Notes under the pieces: model-generated
Told to the model about the DNA's origin: nothing
The model's input: only the letters and a program-made list of their open reading frames with translations
Database searches by the model: none
Made by a program: the position numbers and the translations under genes
Shown: positions 38,801 through 53,400 of the stretch, in pieces
Numbering within the stretch: the stretch's first letter is position 1
How the letters are laid out: the number at the start of each line of letters is the position of its first letter
From: Eledone cirrhosa
Taxonomy: Eukaryota
Length of the DNA stretch: 64,000 bases
NCBI GenBank assembly: GCA_964016885.1
Contig: OZ024744.1
Span: 27,218,001 to 27,282,000, forward strand
Direction of reading: 5' to 3'

Positions 38801-41800
38801 ACGACTAGGCATCTCAGTGCATGTGGTGGTAAGAAGGGAGGTAACCTTAGGTCCAGCGACACCAGAAGTCTCCACTGCTACGGCTAGGCATCTCAGTGCA
38901 TGTGGTGGTAAGAAGGGAGGTAACCTTAGGTCCAGGGACACCAGAAGTTTCCACTGCTACGGCTAGGCATCTCAGTTCATGTGGTGGTAAGAAGGGAGGT
39001 AACCTTAGGGTCAAGGACACCAGAAGTCTCCACTGCTACGGCTAGGCATATCAGTGCATGTGGTGGTAAGAAGGGAGGTAACCTTTGAGCCAGGGACACC
39101 AGAAGACTCCACTGTTACGGCTAGGCATCTCAGTGCATGTGGTGGTAAGAAGGGAGGTAACCTTAGGGCCAGGGACACCAGAAGTCTACACTGTTACGGC
39201 TAGGCATATCAGTGCATGTGGTGGTAAGAAGGGAGGTAACATTTGAGCCAGGGACACCAGAAGACTCCACTGTTACGGCTAGGCATATCAGTGCATGAGG
39301 TGGTAAGAAGGGAGGTAACCTTAGGGCCAGGGACACCAGAAGTCTACACTGTTACGGCTAGGCATATCAGTGCATGTGGTGGTAAGAAGGGAGGTAACCT
39401 TTGAGCCAGGGACACCAGAAGACTCCACTGTTACGGCTAGGCATCTCAGTGCATGTGGTGGTAAGAAGGGAGGTAACCTTAGGGCCAAGGACACCAGAAG
39501 TCTCCACTGTTACGGCTAGGCATCTCACTTCATGTGGTGGTAAGAAGGGAGGTAACCTTAGGGCCAAGGACACCAGAAGTATCCACTGCTACGGCTAGGC
39601 ATCTCAGTGCATGTGGTGGTAAGAAGGGAGGTAACCTTAGGGCCAAGGACACCAGAAGTGTCCACTGCTACGGCTAGGCATGTCAGTCCATGTGGTCGTA
39701 AGAAGGGAGGGAACCTTAGGGCCAGGGACACCAGAAGTCTCCACTGTTACGGCTAGGCATCTCACTTCATGTGGTGGTAAGAAGGGAGGTAACCTTAGGG
39801 CCAAGGACACCAGAAGTCTCCACTGCTACGGCTAGGCATCTCAGTGCATGTGGTGGTAAGAAGGGAGGTAACCTTAGGGCCAAGGACACCAGAAGTCACC
39901 ACTGCTACGACTAGGTATCTCAGTGCATGTGGTGGTAAGAAGGGAGGTAACCTTAGGTCCAGGGACACCAGAAGTCTCCACTGCTACGGCTAGGCATCTC
40001 AGTGCATGTGGTGGTAAGAAGGGAGGTAACCTTAGGTCCAGGGACACCAGAAGTTTCCACTGCTACGGCTAGGCATCTCAGTTCATGTGGTGGTAAGAAG
40101 GGAGGTAACCTTAGGGCCAAGGACACCAGAAGTATCCACTGCTACGGCTAGGCATGTCAGTGCATGTGGTGGTAAGAAGGGAGGTAACCTTAGGGCCAGG
40201 GACACCAGAAGTCTCCACTGTTACGGCTAGGCATCTCACTTCATGTGGTGGTAAGAAGGGAGGTAACCTTAGGGCCAAGGACACCAGAAGTCTCCACTGC
40301 TACGGCTAGGCATCTCAGTGCATGTGGTGGTAAGAAGGGAGGTAACCTTAGGGCCAAGGACACCAGAAGTCACCACTGCTACGACTAGGCATCTCAGTGC
40401 ATGTGGTGGTAAGAAGGGAGGTAACCTTAGGTCCAGGGACACCAGAAGTCTCCACTGCTACGGCTAGGCATCTCAGTGCATGTGGTGGTAAGAAGGGAGG
40501 TAACCTTAGGTCCAGGGACACCAGAAGTTTCCACTGCTACGGCTAGGCATCTCAGTTCATGTGGTGGTAAGAAGGGAGGTAACCTTAGGGCCAAGGACAC
40601 CAGAAGTCTCCACTGTTACGGCTAGGCATCTCAGTGCATGTGGTGGTAAGAAGGGAGGTAACCTTAGGGTCAAGGACACCAGAAGTCTCCACTGCTACGG
40701 CTAGGCATCTCAGTGCATGTGGTGGTAAGAAGGAAGGTAACCCTAGGGCCAGGGACACCAGAATTCTCCACTGCTACGGCTAGGCATCTCAGTGCATGTG
40801 GTGGTAAGAAGGGAGGTAACCTTAGGGCCAAGGACACCAGAAGTCTCCACTGTTACGGCTAGGCATCTCAGTGCATGTGGTGGTAAGAAGGGAGGTAACC
40901 TTAGGGCCAAGGACACCAGAAGTCTCCACTGTTACGGCTAGGCATATCAGTGCATGTGGTGGTAAGAAGGGAGGTAACCTTTGAGCCAGGGACACCAGAA
41001 GACTCCACTGTTACGGCTAGGCATCTCAGTGCATGTGGTGGTAAGAAGGGAGGTAACCTTAGGGCCAGGGACACCAGAAGTCTACACTATTACGGCTAGG
41101 CATATCAGTGCATGTGGTGGTAAGAAGGGAGGTAACCTTTGAGCCAGGGACACCAGAAGACTCCACTGTTACGGCTAGGCATGTCAGTGCATGTGGTGGT
41201 AAGAAGGGAGGTAACCTTAGGGCCAGGGACACCAGAAGTCTCCACTGTTACGGCTAGGCATCTCACTTCATGTGGTGGTAAGAAGGGAGGTAACCTTAGG
41301 GCCAAGGACACCAGAAGTCTCCACTGTTACGGCTAGGCATCTCAGTGCATGTGGTGGTAAGAAGGGAGGGAACCTTAGGTCCAGGGACACCAGAAGTTTC
41401 CACTGCTACGGCTAGGCATCTCAGTTCATGTGGTGGTAAGAAGGGAGGTAACCTTAGGGCCAATGACACCAGAAGTCTCCACTGTTACGGCTAGGCATGT
41501 CAGTGCATGTGGTGGTAAGAAGGGAGGTAAACTTAGGGCCAGGGACACCAGAAGTCTCCACTGTTACGGCTAGGCATCTCACTTCATGTGGTGGTAAGAA
41601 GGGAGGTAACCTTAGGGCCAAGGACACCAGAAGTCTCCACTGCTACGGCTAGGCATCTCAGTGCATGTGGTGGTAAGAAGGGAGGTAACCTTAAGGCCAA
41701 GGACACCAGAAGTCACCACTGCTACGACTAGGCATCTCAGTGCATGTGGTGGTAAGAAGGGAGGTAACCTTAGGTCCAGGGACACCAGAAGTCTCCACTG

Positions 41801-42400
41801 CTACGGCTAGGCATCTCAGTGCATGTGGTGGTAAGAAGGGAGGTAACCTTAGGTCCAGGGACACCAGAAGTTTCCACTGCTACGGCTAGGCATCTCAGTT
41901 CATGTGGTGGTAAGAAGGGAGGTAACCTTAGGGCCAAGGACACCAGAAGTCTCCACTGTTACGGCTAGGCATCTCAGTGCATGTGGTGGTAAGAAGGGAG
42001 GTAACCTTTGAGCCAGGGACACCAGAAGACCCCACTGTTACGGCTAGGCATCTCAGTGCATGTGGTGGTAAGTAGGGAGGTAACCTTAGGGCCAGGGACA
42101 GCAGAAGTCTACACTGTTACGGCTAGGCATATCAGTGCATGTGGTGGTAAGAAGGGAGGTAACCTTAGGGCCAGGGACACCAGAAGTCTCCACTGTTACG
42201 GCTAGGCATCTCACTTCATGTGGTGGTAAGAAGGGAGGTAACCTTAGGGCCAAGGACACCAGAAGTATCCACTGTTACGGCTAGGCATATCAGTGCATGT
42301 GGTGGTAAGAAGGGAGGTAACCTTAGGGCCAAGGACACCAGAAGTATCCACTGCTACGGCTAGGCATCTCAGTGCATGTGGTGGTAAGAAGGGAGGTAAA
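29900..42400 (+). repeat. Mosaic higher-order domain built from reshuffled multi-monomer cassettes (offsets 28, 31, 48, 59 and 82 monomers)
   Basis: Equivalent ORFs lie at 31820/35610/38058/42718, 33399/37190/39401 and 34663/41139. Diagnostic variants include CTTTGAGCC, CCAATGAC, AACATTTGAG, CATGAGG and GTCACCAC..CGACT. Confidence 0.82.
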
Positions 42401-45400
42401 CTTAGGGCCAGGGACACCAGAAGTCTCCACTGTTACGGCTAGGCATGTCAGTGCATGTGGTGGTAAGAAGGGAGGTAACCTTAGGTCCAAGGACCCCAGA
42501 AGTCTCCACTGTTACGGCTAGGCATCTCAGTGCATGTGGTGGTAAGAAGGGAGGTAACCTTAGGTCCAAGGACCCCAGAAGTCTCCACTGTTACGGCTAG
42601 GCATCTCAGTGCATGTGGTGGTAAGAAGGGAGGTAACCTTAGGGCCAGGGACACCAGAAGTCTCCACTGTTACGGCTAGGCATCTCAGTGCATGTGGTGG
42701 TAAGGAGGGAGATAACCTTAGGGCCAAGGACACCAGAAGTCTCCACTGTTACGGCTAGGCATCTCAGTGCATGTGGTGGTAAGAATGGAGGTAACCTTAG
42801 GGCCAGGGACACCAGAAGTCTCCACTGTTACGGCTAGGCATGTCAGTGCATGTGGTGGTAAGAAGGAAGTAACCTTAGGGCCAGGGACACCAGAAGTCTC
42901 CACTGCTACGGCTAGGCATGTCAGTGCATGTGGTGGTAAGAAGGGAGGTAACCTTAGGTCCAGGGACACCAGAAGTCTCCACTGCTACGGCTAGGCATCT
43001 CAGTTCATATGGTGGTAAGAACGGAGGTAACCTTAGGGCCAAGGACACCAGAAGTCTCCACTGCTACGGCTAGGCATCTCAGTGCATGTGGTGGTAAGAA
43101 GGGAGGTAACCTTAGGGCCAGGGACAGCAGAAGTCTCCACTGCTACGGCTAGGCATCTCAGTGCATGTGGTGTTAAGAAGGGAGGTAACCTTAGGGCCAG
43201 GGACACCAGAAGTCTACACTGTTACGGCTAGGCATATCAGTGTATGTGGTGGTAAGAAGGGAGGTAACCTTTGAGCCAGGGACACCAGAAGACTCCACTG
43301 TTACGGCTAGGCATCTCAGTATATGTGGTGGTAAGAAGGGAGGTAACCTTAGGGCCAGGGACACCAGAAGTCTCCACTGTTACGGCTAGGCATCTCACTT
43401 CATGTGGTGGTAAGAAGGGAGATAACCTTAGGGCCAAGGACACCAGAAGTATCCACTGCTACGGCTAGGCATCTCAGTGCATGTGGTGGTAAGAAGGGAG
43501 GTAACCTTAGGGCCAAGGACACCAGAAGTCTCCACTGCTACGGCTAGGCATCTCAGTCCATGTGGTGGTAAGAAGGGAGGTAACCTTAGGCCCAGGGACA
43601 CCAGAAGACTCCACTGTTACGGCTAGGCATCTCAGTGCATGTGGTGGTAAAGAGGGAGGTAACCTTAGGGCCAGGGATACCAGACGTCTCCACTGCTACG
43701 GCTAGGCATCTCAGTGCATGTGGTGGTAAGAAGGGAGGTAACCTTAGGGCCAGGGACACCAGAAGTCTCCACTGCTACGGCTAGGCATCTCAGTGCATGT
43801 GGTGGTAAGAAGGGAGGTAAACTTAGGGCCAGGGACACCAGAAGTCTCCACTGTTACGGCTAGGCATGTCAGTGCATGTGGTGGTAAGAAGGGAGGTAAC
43901 CTTAGGTCCAAGGACCCCAGAAGTCTCCACTGTTACGGCTAGGCATCTCAGTGCATGTGGTGGTAAGAAGGGAGGTAACCTTAGGGCCAGTGACACCAGA
44001 AGACTCCACTGCTACGGCTAGGCATCTCAGTGCATGTGGTGTTAAGAAGGGAGGTAACCTTAGGGCCAGGGACACCAGAAGTCTCCACTGTTACGGCTAG
44101 GCATCTCAGTGCATGTGGTGGTAAGGAGGGAGATAACCTTAGGGCCAAGGACACCAGAAGTCTCCACTGTTACGGCTAGGCATCTCAGTGCATGTGGTGG
44201 TAAGAAGGGAGGTAACATTAGGGCCAGGGACACCAGAAGTCTCCACTGCTACGGCTAGGCATCTCAGTGCATGTGGTGGTAAGAAGGAAGTAACCTTAGG
44301 GCCAGGGACACCAGAAGTCTCCACTGCTACGGCTAGGCATGTCAGTGCATGTGGTGGTAAGAAGGGAGGTAACCTTAGGTCCAGGGACACCAGAAGTTTC
44401 CACTGCTACGGCTAGGCATCTCAGTGCATGTGGTGGTAAGAAGGGAGGTAACCTTAGGGCCAAGGACACCAGAAGTCTCCACTGTTACGGCTAGGCATGT
44501 CAGTGCATGTGGTGGTAAGAAGGGAGGTAACCTTAGGTCCAGGGACACCAGAAGTTTCCACTGCTACGGCTAGGCATCTCAGTTCATGTGGTGGTAAGAA
44601 GGGAGGTAACCTTAGGGCCAAGGACACCAGAAGTCTCCACTGTTACGGCTAGGCATCTCAGTGCATGTGGTGGTAAGAAGGGAGGTAACCTTAGGGTCAA
44701 GGACACCAGAAGTCTCCACTGTTACGGCTAGGCATCTCACTTCATGTGGTGGTAAGAAGGGAGGTAACCTTAGGGCCAAGGACACCAGAAGTATCCACTG
44801 CTACGGCTAGGCATCTCAGTGCATGTGGTGGTAAGAAGGGAGGTAACCTTAGGGCCAAGGACACCAGAAGTCTCCACTGCTACGGCTAGGCATCTCAGTG
44901 CATGTGGTGGTAAGAAGGGAGGTAACCTTAGTGCCAGGGACACAAGAAGTCTCCACTGTTACGGCTAGGCATGTCAGTGCATGTGGTGGTAAGAAGGGAG
45001 GTACCCTTAGGTCCAAGGACACCAAAAGTCTCCACTGTTACGGCTAGGCATCTCAGTGCATGTGGTGGTAAGATTGGAGGTAACCTTAGGGCCAGGGACA
45101 CCAGAATACTCCACTGCTACGGCTAGGCATCTCAGTGCATGTGGTGGTAAGAAGGGAGGTAACCTTAGGGCCAAGGACACCAGAAGTCTCCACTGTTACG
45201 GCTAGGCATGTCAGTGCATGTGGTGGTAAGAAGGGAGGTAACCTTAGGGCCAGGGACACCAGAAGTCTCCACTGCTACGGCTAGGCATCTCAGTGCATGT
45301 GGTGGTAAGAAGGGAGGTAACCTTAGGTCCAGGGACACCAGAAGTTTCCACTGCTACGGCTAGGCATCTCAGTTCATGTGGTGGTAAGAAGGGAGGTAAC

Positions 45401-46179
45401 CTTAGGGCCAAGGACACCAGAAGTCTCCACTGTTACGGCTAGGCATCTCAGTGCATGTGGTGGTAAGAAGGCAGGTAACCTTAGGGCCAGGGACAGCAGA
45501 AGTCTCCACTGCTACGGCTAGGCATCTCAGTGCATGTGGTGGTAAGAAGGGAGGTAACCTTAGGGCGAGGGACACCAGAAGTCTACACTGTTACGGCTAG
45601 GCATATCAGTGCATGTGGTGGTAAGAAGGGAGGTAACCTTAGGGCCACGGACACCAGAAGACTCCACTGTTACGGCTAGGCATCTCAGTGCATGTGGTGG
45701 TAAGAAGGGAGGTAACCTTAGAGCCAGGGACACCAGAAGTCTCCACTGTTACGGCTAGGCATCTCACTTCATGTGGTGGTAAGAAGGGAGGTAACCTTAG
45801 GGCCAAGGACACCAGAAGTCTCCACTGCTACGGCTAGGCATCTCAGTGCATGTGGTGGTAAAGAGGGAGGTAACCTTAGGGCCAGGGACACCAGACGTCT
45901 CCACTGCTACGGCTAGGCACCTCAGTGCATGTGGTGGTAAGAAGGGAGGTAACCTTAGGGCCAGGGACACCAGAAGTTTCCACTGCTACGGCTAGGCATC
46001 TTAGTGCATGTGGTGGTAAGAAGGGAGGTAAACTTAGGGCCAGGGACACCAGAAGTCTCCACTGTTACGGCTAGGCATGTCAGTGCATGTGGTGGTAAGA
46101 AGGAAGGTAACCTTAGGTCCAAGGACACCAGAAGTCTCCACTGTTACGGCTAGGCATCTCAGTGCATGTGGTGGTAAGA

Positions 46180-49100
46180 AGGGAGGTAACCTTAGGGCCA
46201 GGGACACCAGAAGACTCCAGTGCTACGGCTAGGCATCTCAGTGCATGTGGTGGTAAGAAGGGAGGTAACCTTAGGGCCAAGGACACCAGAAGTCTCCATT
46301 GTTACGGCTAGGCATGTCAGTGCATGTGGTGGTAAGAAGGGAGGGAACCTTAGGTCCAGGGACACCAGAAGTCTCCACTGCTACGGCTAGGCATCTCAGT
46401 GCATGTGGTGGTAAGAAGGGAGGTAACCTTAGGTTCAGGGACACCAGAAGTTTCCACTGCTACGGCTAGGCATCACAGTTCATGTGGTGGTAAGAAGGGA
46501 GGTAACCTTAGGGCCAAGGACACCAGAAGTCTCCACTGTTACGGCTAGGCATCTCAGTGCATGTGGTGGTAAGAATGGAGGTAACCTTAGGGCCAGGGAC
46601 ACCAGAAGTCTCCACTGTTACGGCTAGGCATCTCAGTGCATGTTGTGGTAAGGAGGGAGATAACCTTAGGGCCAAGGACACCAGAAGTCTCCACTGTTAC
46701 GGCTAGGCATCTCAGTGCATGTGGTGGTAAGAAGGGAGGTAACCTTAGGGCCAGGGACAGCAGAAGTCTACACTGTTACGGCTAGGCATATCAGTGCATG
46801 TGGTGGTAATAAGGGAGGTAACCTTAGGGCCAAGGACACCAGAAGTCTCCACTGCTACGACTAGGCATCTCAGTGCATGTGGTGGTAAGAAGGGAGGTAA
46901 CCTTAGGGCCAGGGACACCAGAAGTCTCCACTGTTACGGCTAGGCATCTCACTTCATGTGGTGGTAATAAGGGAGGTAACCTTAGGGCCAAGGACACCAG
47001 AAGTCTCCACTGCTACGGCTAGGCATCTCAGTGCATGTGGTGGTAAGAAGGGAGTTAACCTTAGGGCCAAGGTCACCAGAAGTCACCACTGCTACGACTA
47101 GGCATCTCAGTGCATGTGGTGGTAAGAAGGGAGGTAACCTTAGGGCCAGGGACAGCAGAAGTCTCCACTGCTACGGCTAGGCATCTCAGTGCATGTGGTG
47201 GTAAGAAGGGAGGTAACCTTAGGGCCAGGGACACCAGAAGTCTACAATGTTACGGCTAGGCATATCAGTGCATGTGTTGGTAAGAAGGGAGGTAACCTTA
47301 GGGCCACGGACACCAGAAGACTCCACTGTTACGGCTAGGCATCTCAGTGCATGTGGTGGTAAGAAGGGAGGTAACCTTAGAGCCAGGGACACCAGAAGTC
47401 TCCACTGTTACGGCTAGGCATCTCACTTCATGTGGTGGTAAGAAGGGAGGTAACCTTAGGGCCAAGGACACCAGAAGTCTCCACTGGTACGGCTAGGCAT
47501 CTCAGTGCATGTGGTGGTAAGAAGGGAGGTAACCTTAGGGCCAAGGACACCAGAAGTCACCACTGCTACGACTAGGCATCTCACTTCATGTGGTGGTAAG
47601 AAGGGAGGTAACCTTAGGGCCAGGGACACCAGAAGACTCCAGTGCTACGGCTAGGCATCTCAGTGCATGTGGTGGTAAGAAGGGAGGTAACCTTAGGGCC
47701 AAGGACACCAGAAGTCTCCACTGTTACGGCTAGGCATGTCAGTGCATGTGGTGGTAAGAAGGGAGGGAACCTTAGGTCCAGGGACACCAGAAGTCTCCAC
47801 TGCTACGGCTAGGCATCTCAGTGCATGTGGTGGTAAGAAGGGAGGTAACCTTAGGTTCAGGGACACCAGAAGTTTCCACTGCTACGGCTAGGCATCACAG
47901 TTCATGTGGTGGTAAGAAGGGAGGTAACCTTAGGGCCAAGGACACCATAAGTCTCCACTGTTACGGCTAGGCATCTCAGTGCATGTGGTGGTAAGAAGGG
48001 AGGTAACCTTAGGGCCAAGGACACCAGAAGTCTCCACTGTTACGGCTAGGCATCTCAGTGCATGTGGTGGTAAGAATGGAGGTAACCTTAGGGCCAGGGA
48101 CACCAGAAGTCTCCACTGTTACGGCTAGGCATCTCAGTGCATGTTGTGGTAAGGAGGGAGATAACCTTAGGGCTAAGGACACCAGAAGTCTCCACTTTTA
48201 CGGCTAGGCATCTCAGTGCATGTGGTGGTAAGAAGGGAGGTAACCTTAGGGCCAGGGACAGCAGAAGTCTACACTGTTACGGCTAGGCATATCAGTGCAT
48301 GTGGTGGTAATAAGGGAGGTAACCTTAGGGCCAAGGACACCAGAAGTCTCCACTGCTACGACTAGGCATCTCAGTGCATGTGGTGGTAAGAAGGGAGGTA
48401 ACCTTAGGGCCAGGGACACCAGAAGTCTCCACTGTTACGGCTAGGCATCTCACTTCATGTGGTGGTAATAAGGGAGGTAACCTTAGGGCCAAGGACACCA
48501 GAAGTCTCCACTGCTACGGCTAGGCATCTCAGTGCATGTGGTGGTAAGAAGGGAGGTAACCTTAGGGCCAGGGACACCAGAAGTCTACAATGTTACGGCT
48601 AGGCATATCAGTGCATGTGTTGGTAAGAAGGGAGGTAACCTTAGGGCCACGGACACCAGAAGACTCCACTGTTACGGCTAGGCATCTCAGTGCATGTGGT
48701 GGTAAGAAGGGAGGTAACCTTAGAGCCAGGGACACAAGAAGTCTCCACTGTTACGGCTAGGCATCTCACTTCATGTGGTGGTAAGAAGGGAGGTAACCTT
48801 AGGGCCAAGGACACCAGAAGTCTCCACTGGTACGGCTAGGCATCTCAGTGCATGTGGTGGTAAGAAGGGAGGTAACCTTAGGGCCAAGGACACCAGAAGT
48901 CACCACTGCTACGACTAGGCATCTCACTTCATGTGGTGGTAAGGGAGGTAACCTTAGGGCCAGGGACACCAGAAGACTCCAGTGCTACGGCTAGGCATCT
49001 CAGTGCATGTGGTGGTAAGAAGGGAGGTAACCTTAGGGCCAAGGACACCAGAAGTCTCCACTGTTACGGCTAGGCATGTCAGTGCATGTGGTGGTAAGAA

Positions 49101-50450
49101 GGGAGGGAACCTTAGGTCCAGGGACACCAGAAGTCTCCACTGCTACGGCTAGGCATCTCAGTGCATGTGGTGGTAAGAAGGGAGGTAACCTTAGGTTCAG
49201 GGACACCAGAAGTTTCCACTGCTACGGCTAGGCATCACAGTTCATGTGGTGGTAAGAAGGGAGGTAACCTTAGGGCCAAGGACACCATAAGTCTCCACTG
49301 TTACGGCTAGGCATCTCAGTGCATGTGGTGGTAAGAAGGGAGGTAAACTTAGGGCCAAGGACACCAGAAGTCTCCACTGTTACGTCTAGGCATCTCAGTG
49401 CATGTGGTGGTAAGAATGGAGGTAACCTTAGGGCCAGGGACACCAGAAGTCTCCACTGTTACGGCTAGGCATCTCAGTGCATGTTGTGGTAAGGAGGGAG
49501 ATAAACTTAGGGCCAAGGACACCAGAAGTCTCCACTGTTACGGCTAGGCATCTCAGTGCATGTGGTGGTACGAAGGGAGGTAACCTTAGGGCCAGCGACA
49601 GCAGAAGTCTACACTGTTACGGCTAGGCATATCAGTGCATGTGGTGGTAATAAGGGAGGTAACCTTAGGGCCAAGGACACCAGAAGTCTCCACTGCTACG
49701 ACTAGGCATCTCAGTGCATGTGGTGGTAAGAAGGGAGGTAACCTTAGGGCCAGGGACACCAGAAGTCTCCACTGTTACGGCTAGGCATCTCACTTCATGT
49801 GGTGGTAATAAGGGAGGTAACCTTAGGGCCAAGGACACCAGAAGTCTCCACTGCTACGGCTAGGCATCTCAGTGCATGTGGTGGTAAGAAGGGAGTTAAC
49901 CTTAGGGCCAAGGACACCAGAAGTCACCACTGCTACGACTAGGCATCTCAGTGCATGTGGTGGTAAGAAGGGAGGTAACCTTAGGGCCAGGGACAGCAGA
50001 AGTCTCCACTGCTACGGCTAGGTATCTCAGTGCATGTGGTGGTAAGAAGGGAGGTAACCTTAGGGCCAGGGACACCAGAAGTCTACAATGTTACGGCTAG
50101 GCATATCAGTGCATGTGTTGGTAAGAAGGGAGGTAACCTTAGGGCCACGGACACCAGAAGACTCCACTGTTACGGCTAGGCATCTCAGTGCATGTGGTGG
50201 TAAGAAGGGAGGTAACCTTAGAGCCAGGGACACCAGAAGTCTCCACTGTTACGGCTAGGCATCTCACTTCATGTGGTGGTAAGAAGGGAGGTAACCTTAG
50301 GGCCAAGGACACCAGAAGTCTCCACTGGTACGGCTAGGCATCTCAGTGCATGTGGTGGTAAGAAGGGAGGTAACCTTAGGGCCAAGGACACCAGAAGTCA
50401 CCACTGCTACGACTAGGCATCTCAGTGCATGTGGTGGTAAGAAGGGAGGT
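46180..50450 (+). repeat. Local triplication of a ~17-19-monomer block
   Basis: AGGTTCAGGG plus GCATCACAG at 46431, 47853 and 49193 (offsets 1422 = 18x79 and 1340 = 17x79-3). GGTAATAAG, CTACAATG and CTGGTACG recur with it. Confidence 0.88.
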
Positions 50451-53400
50451 AACCTTAGGGCCAGGGACACCAGAAGACTCCACTGTTACGGCTAGGCATC
50501 TCAGTGCATGTGGTGGTAAAGAGGGAGGTAACCTTAGGGCCAGGGACACCAGACGTCTCCACTGCTACGGCTAGGCATCTCAGTGCATGTGGTGGTAAGA
50601 AGGGAGGTAACCATAGGGCCAGGGACACCAGAAGTTTCCACTGCTACGGCTAGGCATCTCAGTGCATGTGGTGGTAAGAAGGGAGGTACACTTAGGGCCA
50701 GGGACACCAGAAGTCTCCACTGTTACGGCTAGGCATGTCAGTGCATGTGGTGGTAAGAAGGGAGGTAACCTTCGGTCCAAGGACACCAGAAGTCTCCACT
50801 GCTACGGCTAGGCATCTCAGTGCATGTGGTGGTAAGAAGGGAGGTAACCTTAGGGCCAAGGACACCAGAAGTCACCACTGCTACGACTAGGCATCTCAGT
50901 GCATGTGGTGGTAAGAAGGGAGGTAACCTTAGGTCCAGGGACACCAGAAGTTTCCACTGCTACGGCTAGGCATCTCAGTTCATGTGGTGGTAAGAAGGGA
51001 GGTAACCTTAGGGCCAAGGACACCAGAAGTCTCCACTGTTACGGCTAGGCATCTCAGTGCATGTGGTGGTAAGAAGGGAGGTAACCTTAGGGTCAAGGAC
51101 ACCAGAAGTCTCCACTGCTACGGCTAGGCATCTCAGTGCATGTGGTGGTAAGAAGGGAGGTAACCTTAGGGCCAGGGACACCAGAAGTCTCCACTGCTAC
51201 GGCTAGGCATCTCAGTGCATGTGGTGGTAAGAAGGGAGGTAACCTTAGGGTCAAGGACACCAGAAGTCTCCACTGCTACGGCTAGGCATATCAGTGCATG
51301 TGGTGGTAAGAAGGGAGGTAACCTTTGAGCCAGGGACACCAGAAGACCCCACTGTTACGGCTAGGCATCTCACTGCATGTGGTGGTAAGAAGGGAGGTAA
51401 CCTTAGGGCCAGGGACACCAGAAGTCTACACTGTTACGGCTAGGCATATCAGTGCATGTGGTGGTAAGAAGGGAGGTAACCTTTGAGCCAGGGACACCAG
51501 AAGACTCCACTGTTACGGCTAGGCATCTCAGTGCATGTGGTGGTAAGAAGGGAGGTAACCTTAGGGCCAGGGACACCAGAAGTCTCCACTGTTACGGCTA
51601 GGCATCTCACTTCATGTGGTGGTAAGAAGGGAGGTAACCTTAGGGCCAAGGACACCAGAAGTGTCCACTGCTACGGCTAGGCATCTCAGTGCATGTGGTG
51701 GTAAGAAGGGAGGTAACCTTAGGGCCAAGGACACCAGAAGTGTCCACTGCTACGGCTAGGCATCTCAGTGCATGTGGTGGTAAGAAGGGAGGTAACCTTA
51801 GGGCCAGGGACACCAGAAGTCTCCACTGCTACGGCTAGGCATCTCAGTACATGTGGTGGTAAGAAGGGAGGTAAACTTAGGGCCAGGGACACCAGAAGTC
51901 TCCACTGTTACGGCTAGGCATGTCAGTGCATGTGGTGGTAAGAAGGGAGGTAACCTTAGGTCCAAGGACCCCAGAAGTCTCCACTGTTACGGCTAGGCAT
52001 CTCAGTGCATGTGGTGGTAAGAAGGGAGGTAACCTTAGGGCCAGGGACACCAGAAGTCTCCACTGTTACGGCTAGGCATCTCAGTGCATGTGGTGGTAAG
52101 GAGGGAGATAACCTTAGGGCCAAGGACACCAGAAGTCTCCACTGTTACGGCTAGGCATCTCAGTGCATGTGGTGGTAAGAATGGAGGTAACCTTAGGGCC
52201 AGGGACACCAGAAGTCTCCACTGTTACGGCTAGGCATCTCAGTGCATGTGGTGGTAAGAAGGAAGTAACCTTAGGGCCAGGGACACCAGAAGTCTCCACT
52301 GCTACGGCTAGGCATGTCAGTGCATGTGGTGGTAAGAAGGGAGGTAACCTTAGGTCCAGGGACACCAGAAGTCTCCACTGCTACGGCTAGGCATCTCAGT
52401 TCATATGGTGGTAAGAAGGGAGGTAACCTTAGGGCCAAGGACACCAGAAGTCTCCACTGCTACGGCTAGGCATCTCAGTGCATGTGGTGGTAAGAAGGGA
52501 GGTAACCTTAGGGCCAGGCACAGCAGAAGTCTCCACTGCTACGGCTAGGCATCTCAGTGCATGTGGTGTTAAGAAGGGAGGTAACCTTAGGGCCAGGGAC
52601 ACCAGAAGTCTACACTGTTACGGCTAGGCATATCAGTGTATGTGGTGGTAAGAAGGGAGGTAACCTTTGAGCCAGGGACACCAGAAGACTCCACTGTTAC
52701 GGCTAGGCATCTCAGTATATGTGGTGGTAAGAAGGGAGGTAACCTTAGGGCCAGGGACACCAGAAGTCTCCACTGTTACGGCTAGGCATCTCACTTCATG
52801 TGGTGGTAAGAAGGGAGGTAACCTTAGAGCCAAGGACACCAGAAGTCTCCACTGCTACGGCTAGGCATCTCAGTGCATGTGGTGGTAAGAAGGGAGGTAA
52901 CCTTAGGGCCAAGGACACCAGAAGTCTCCACTGCTACGGCTAGGCATCTCAGTCCATGTGGTGGTAAGAAGGGAGGTAACCTTAGGCCCAGGGACACCAG
53001 AAGACTCCACTGTTACGGCTAGGCATCTCAGTGCATGTGGTGGTAAAGAGGGAGGTAACCTTAGGGCCAGGGATACCAGACGTCTCCACTGCTACGGCTA
53101 GGCATCTCAGTGCATGTGGTGGTAAGAAGGGAGGTAACCTTAGGGCCAGGGACACCAGAAGTCTCCACTGCTACGGCTAGGCATCTCAGTGCATGTGGTG
53201 GTAAGAAGGGAGGTAAACTTAGGGCCAGGGACACCAGAAGTCTCCACTGTTACGGCTAGGCATGTCAGTGCATGTGGTGGTAAGAAGGGAGGTAACCTTA
53301 GGTCCAAGGACCCCAGAAGTCTCCACTGTTACGGCTAGGCATCTCAGTGCATGTGGTGGTAAGAAGGGAGGTAACCTTAGGGCCAGGGACACCAGAAGAC

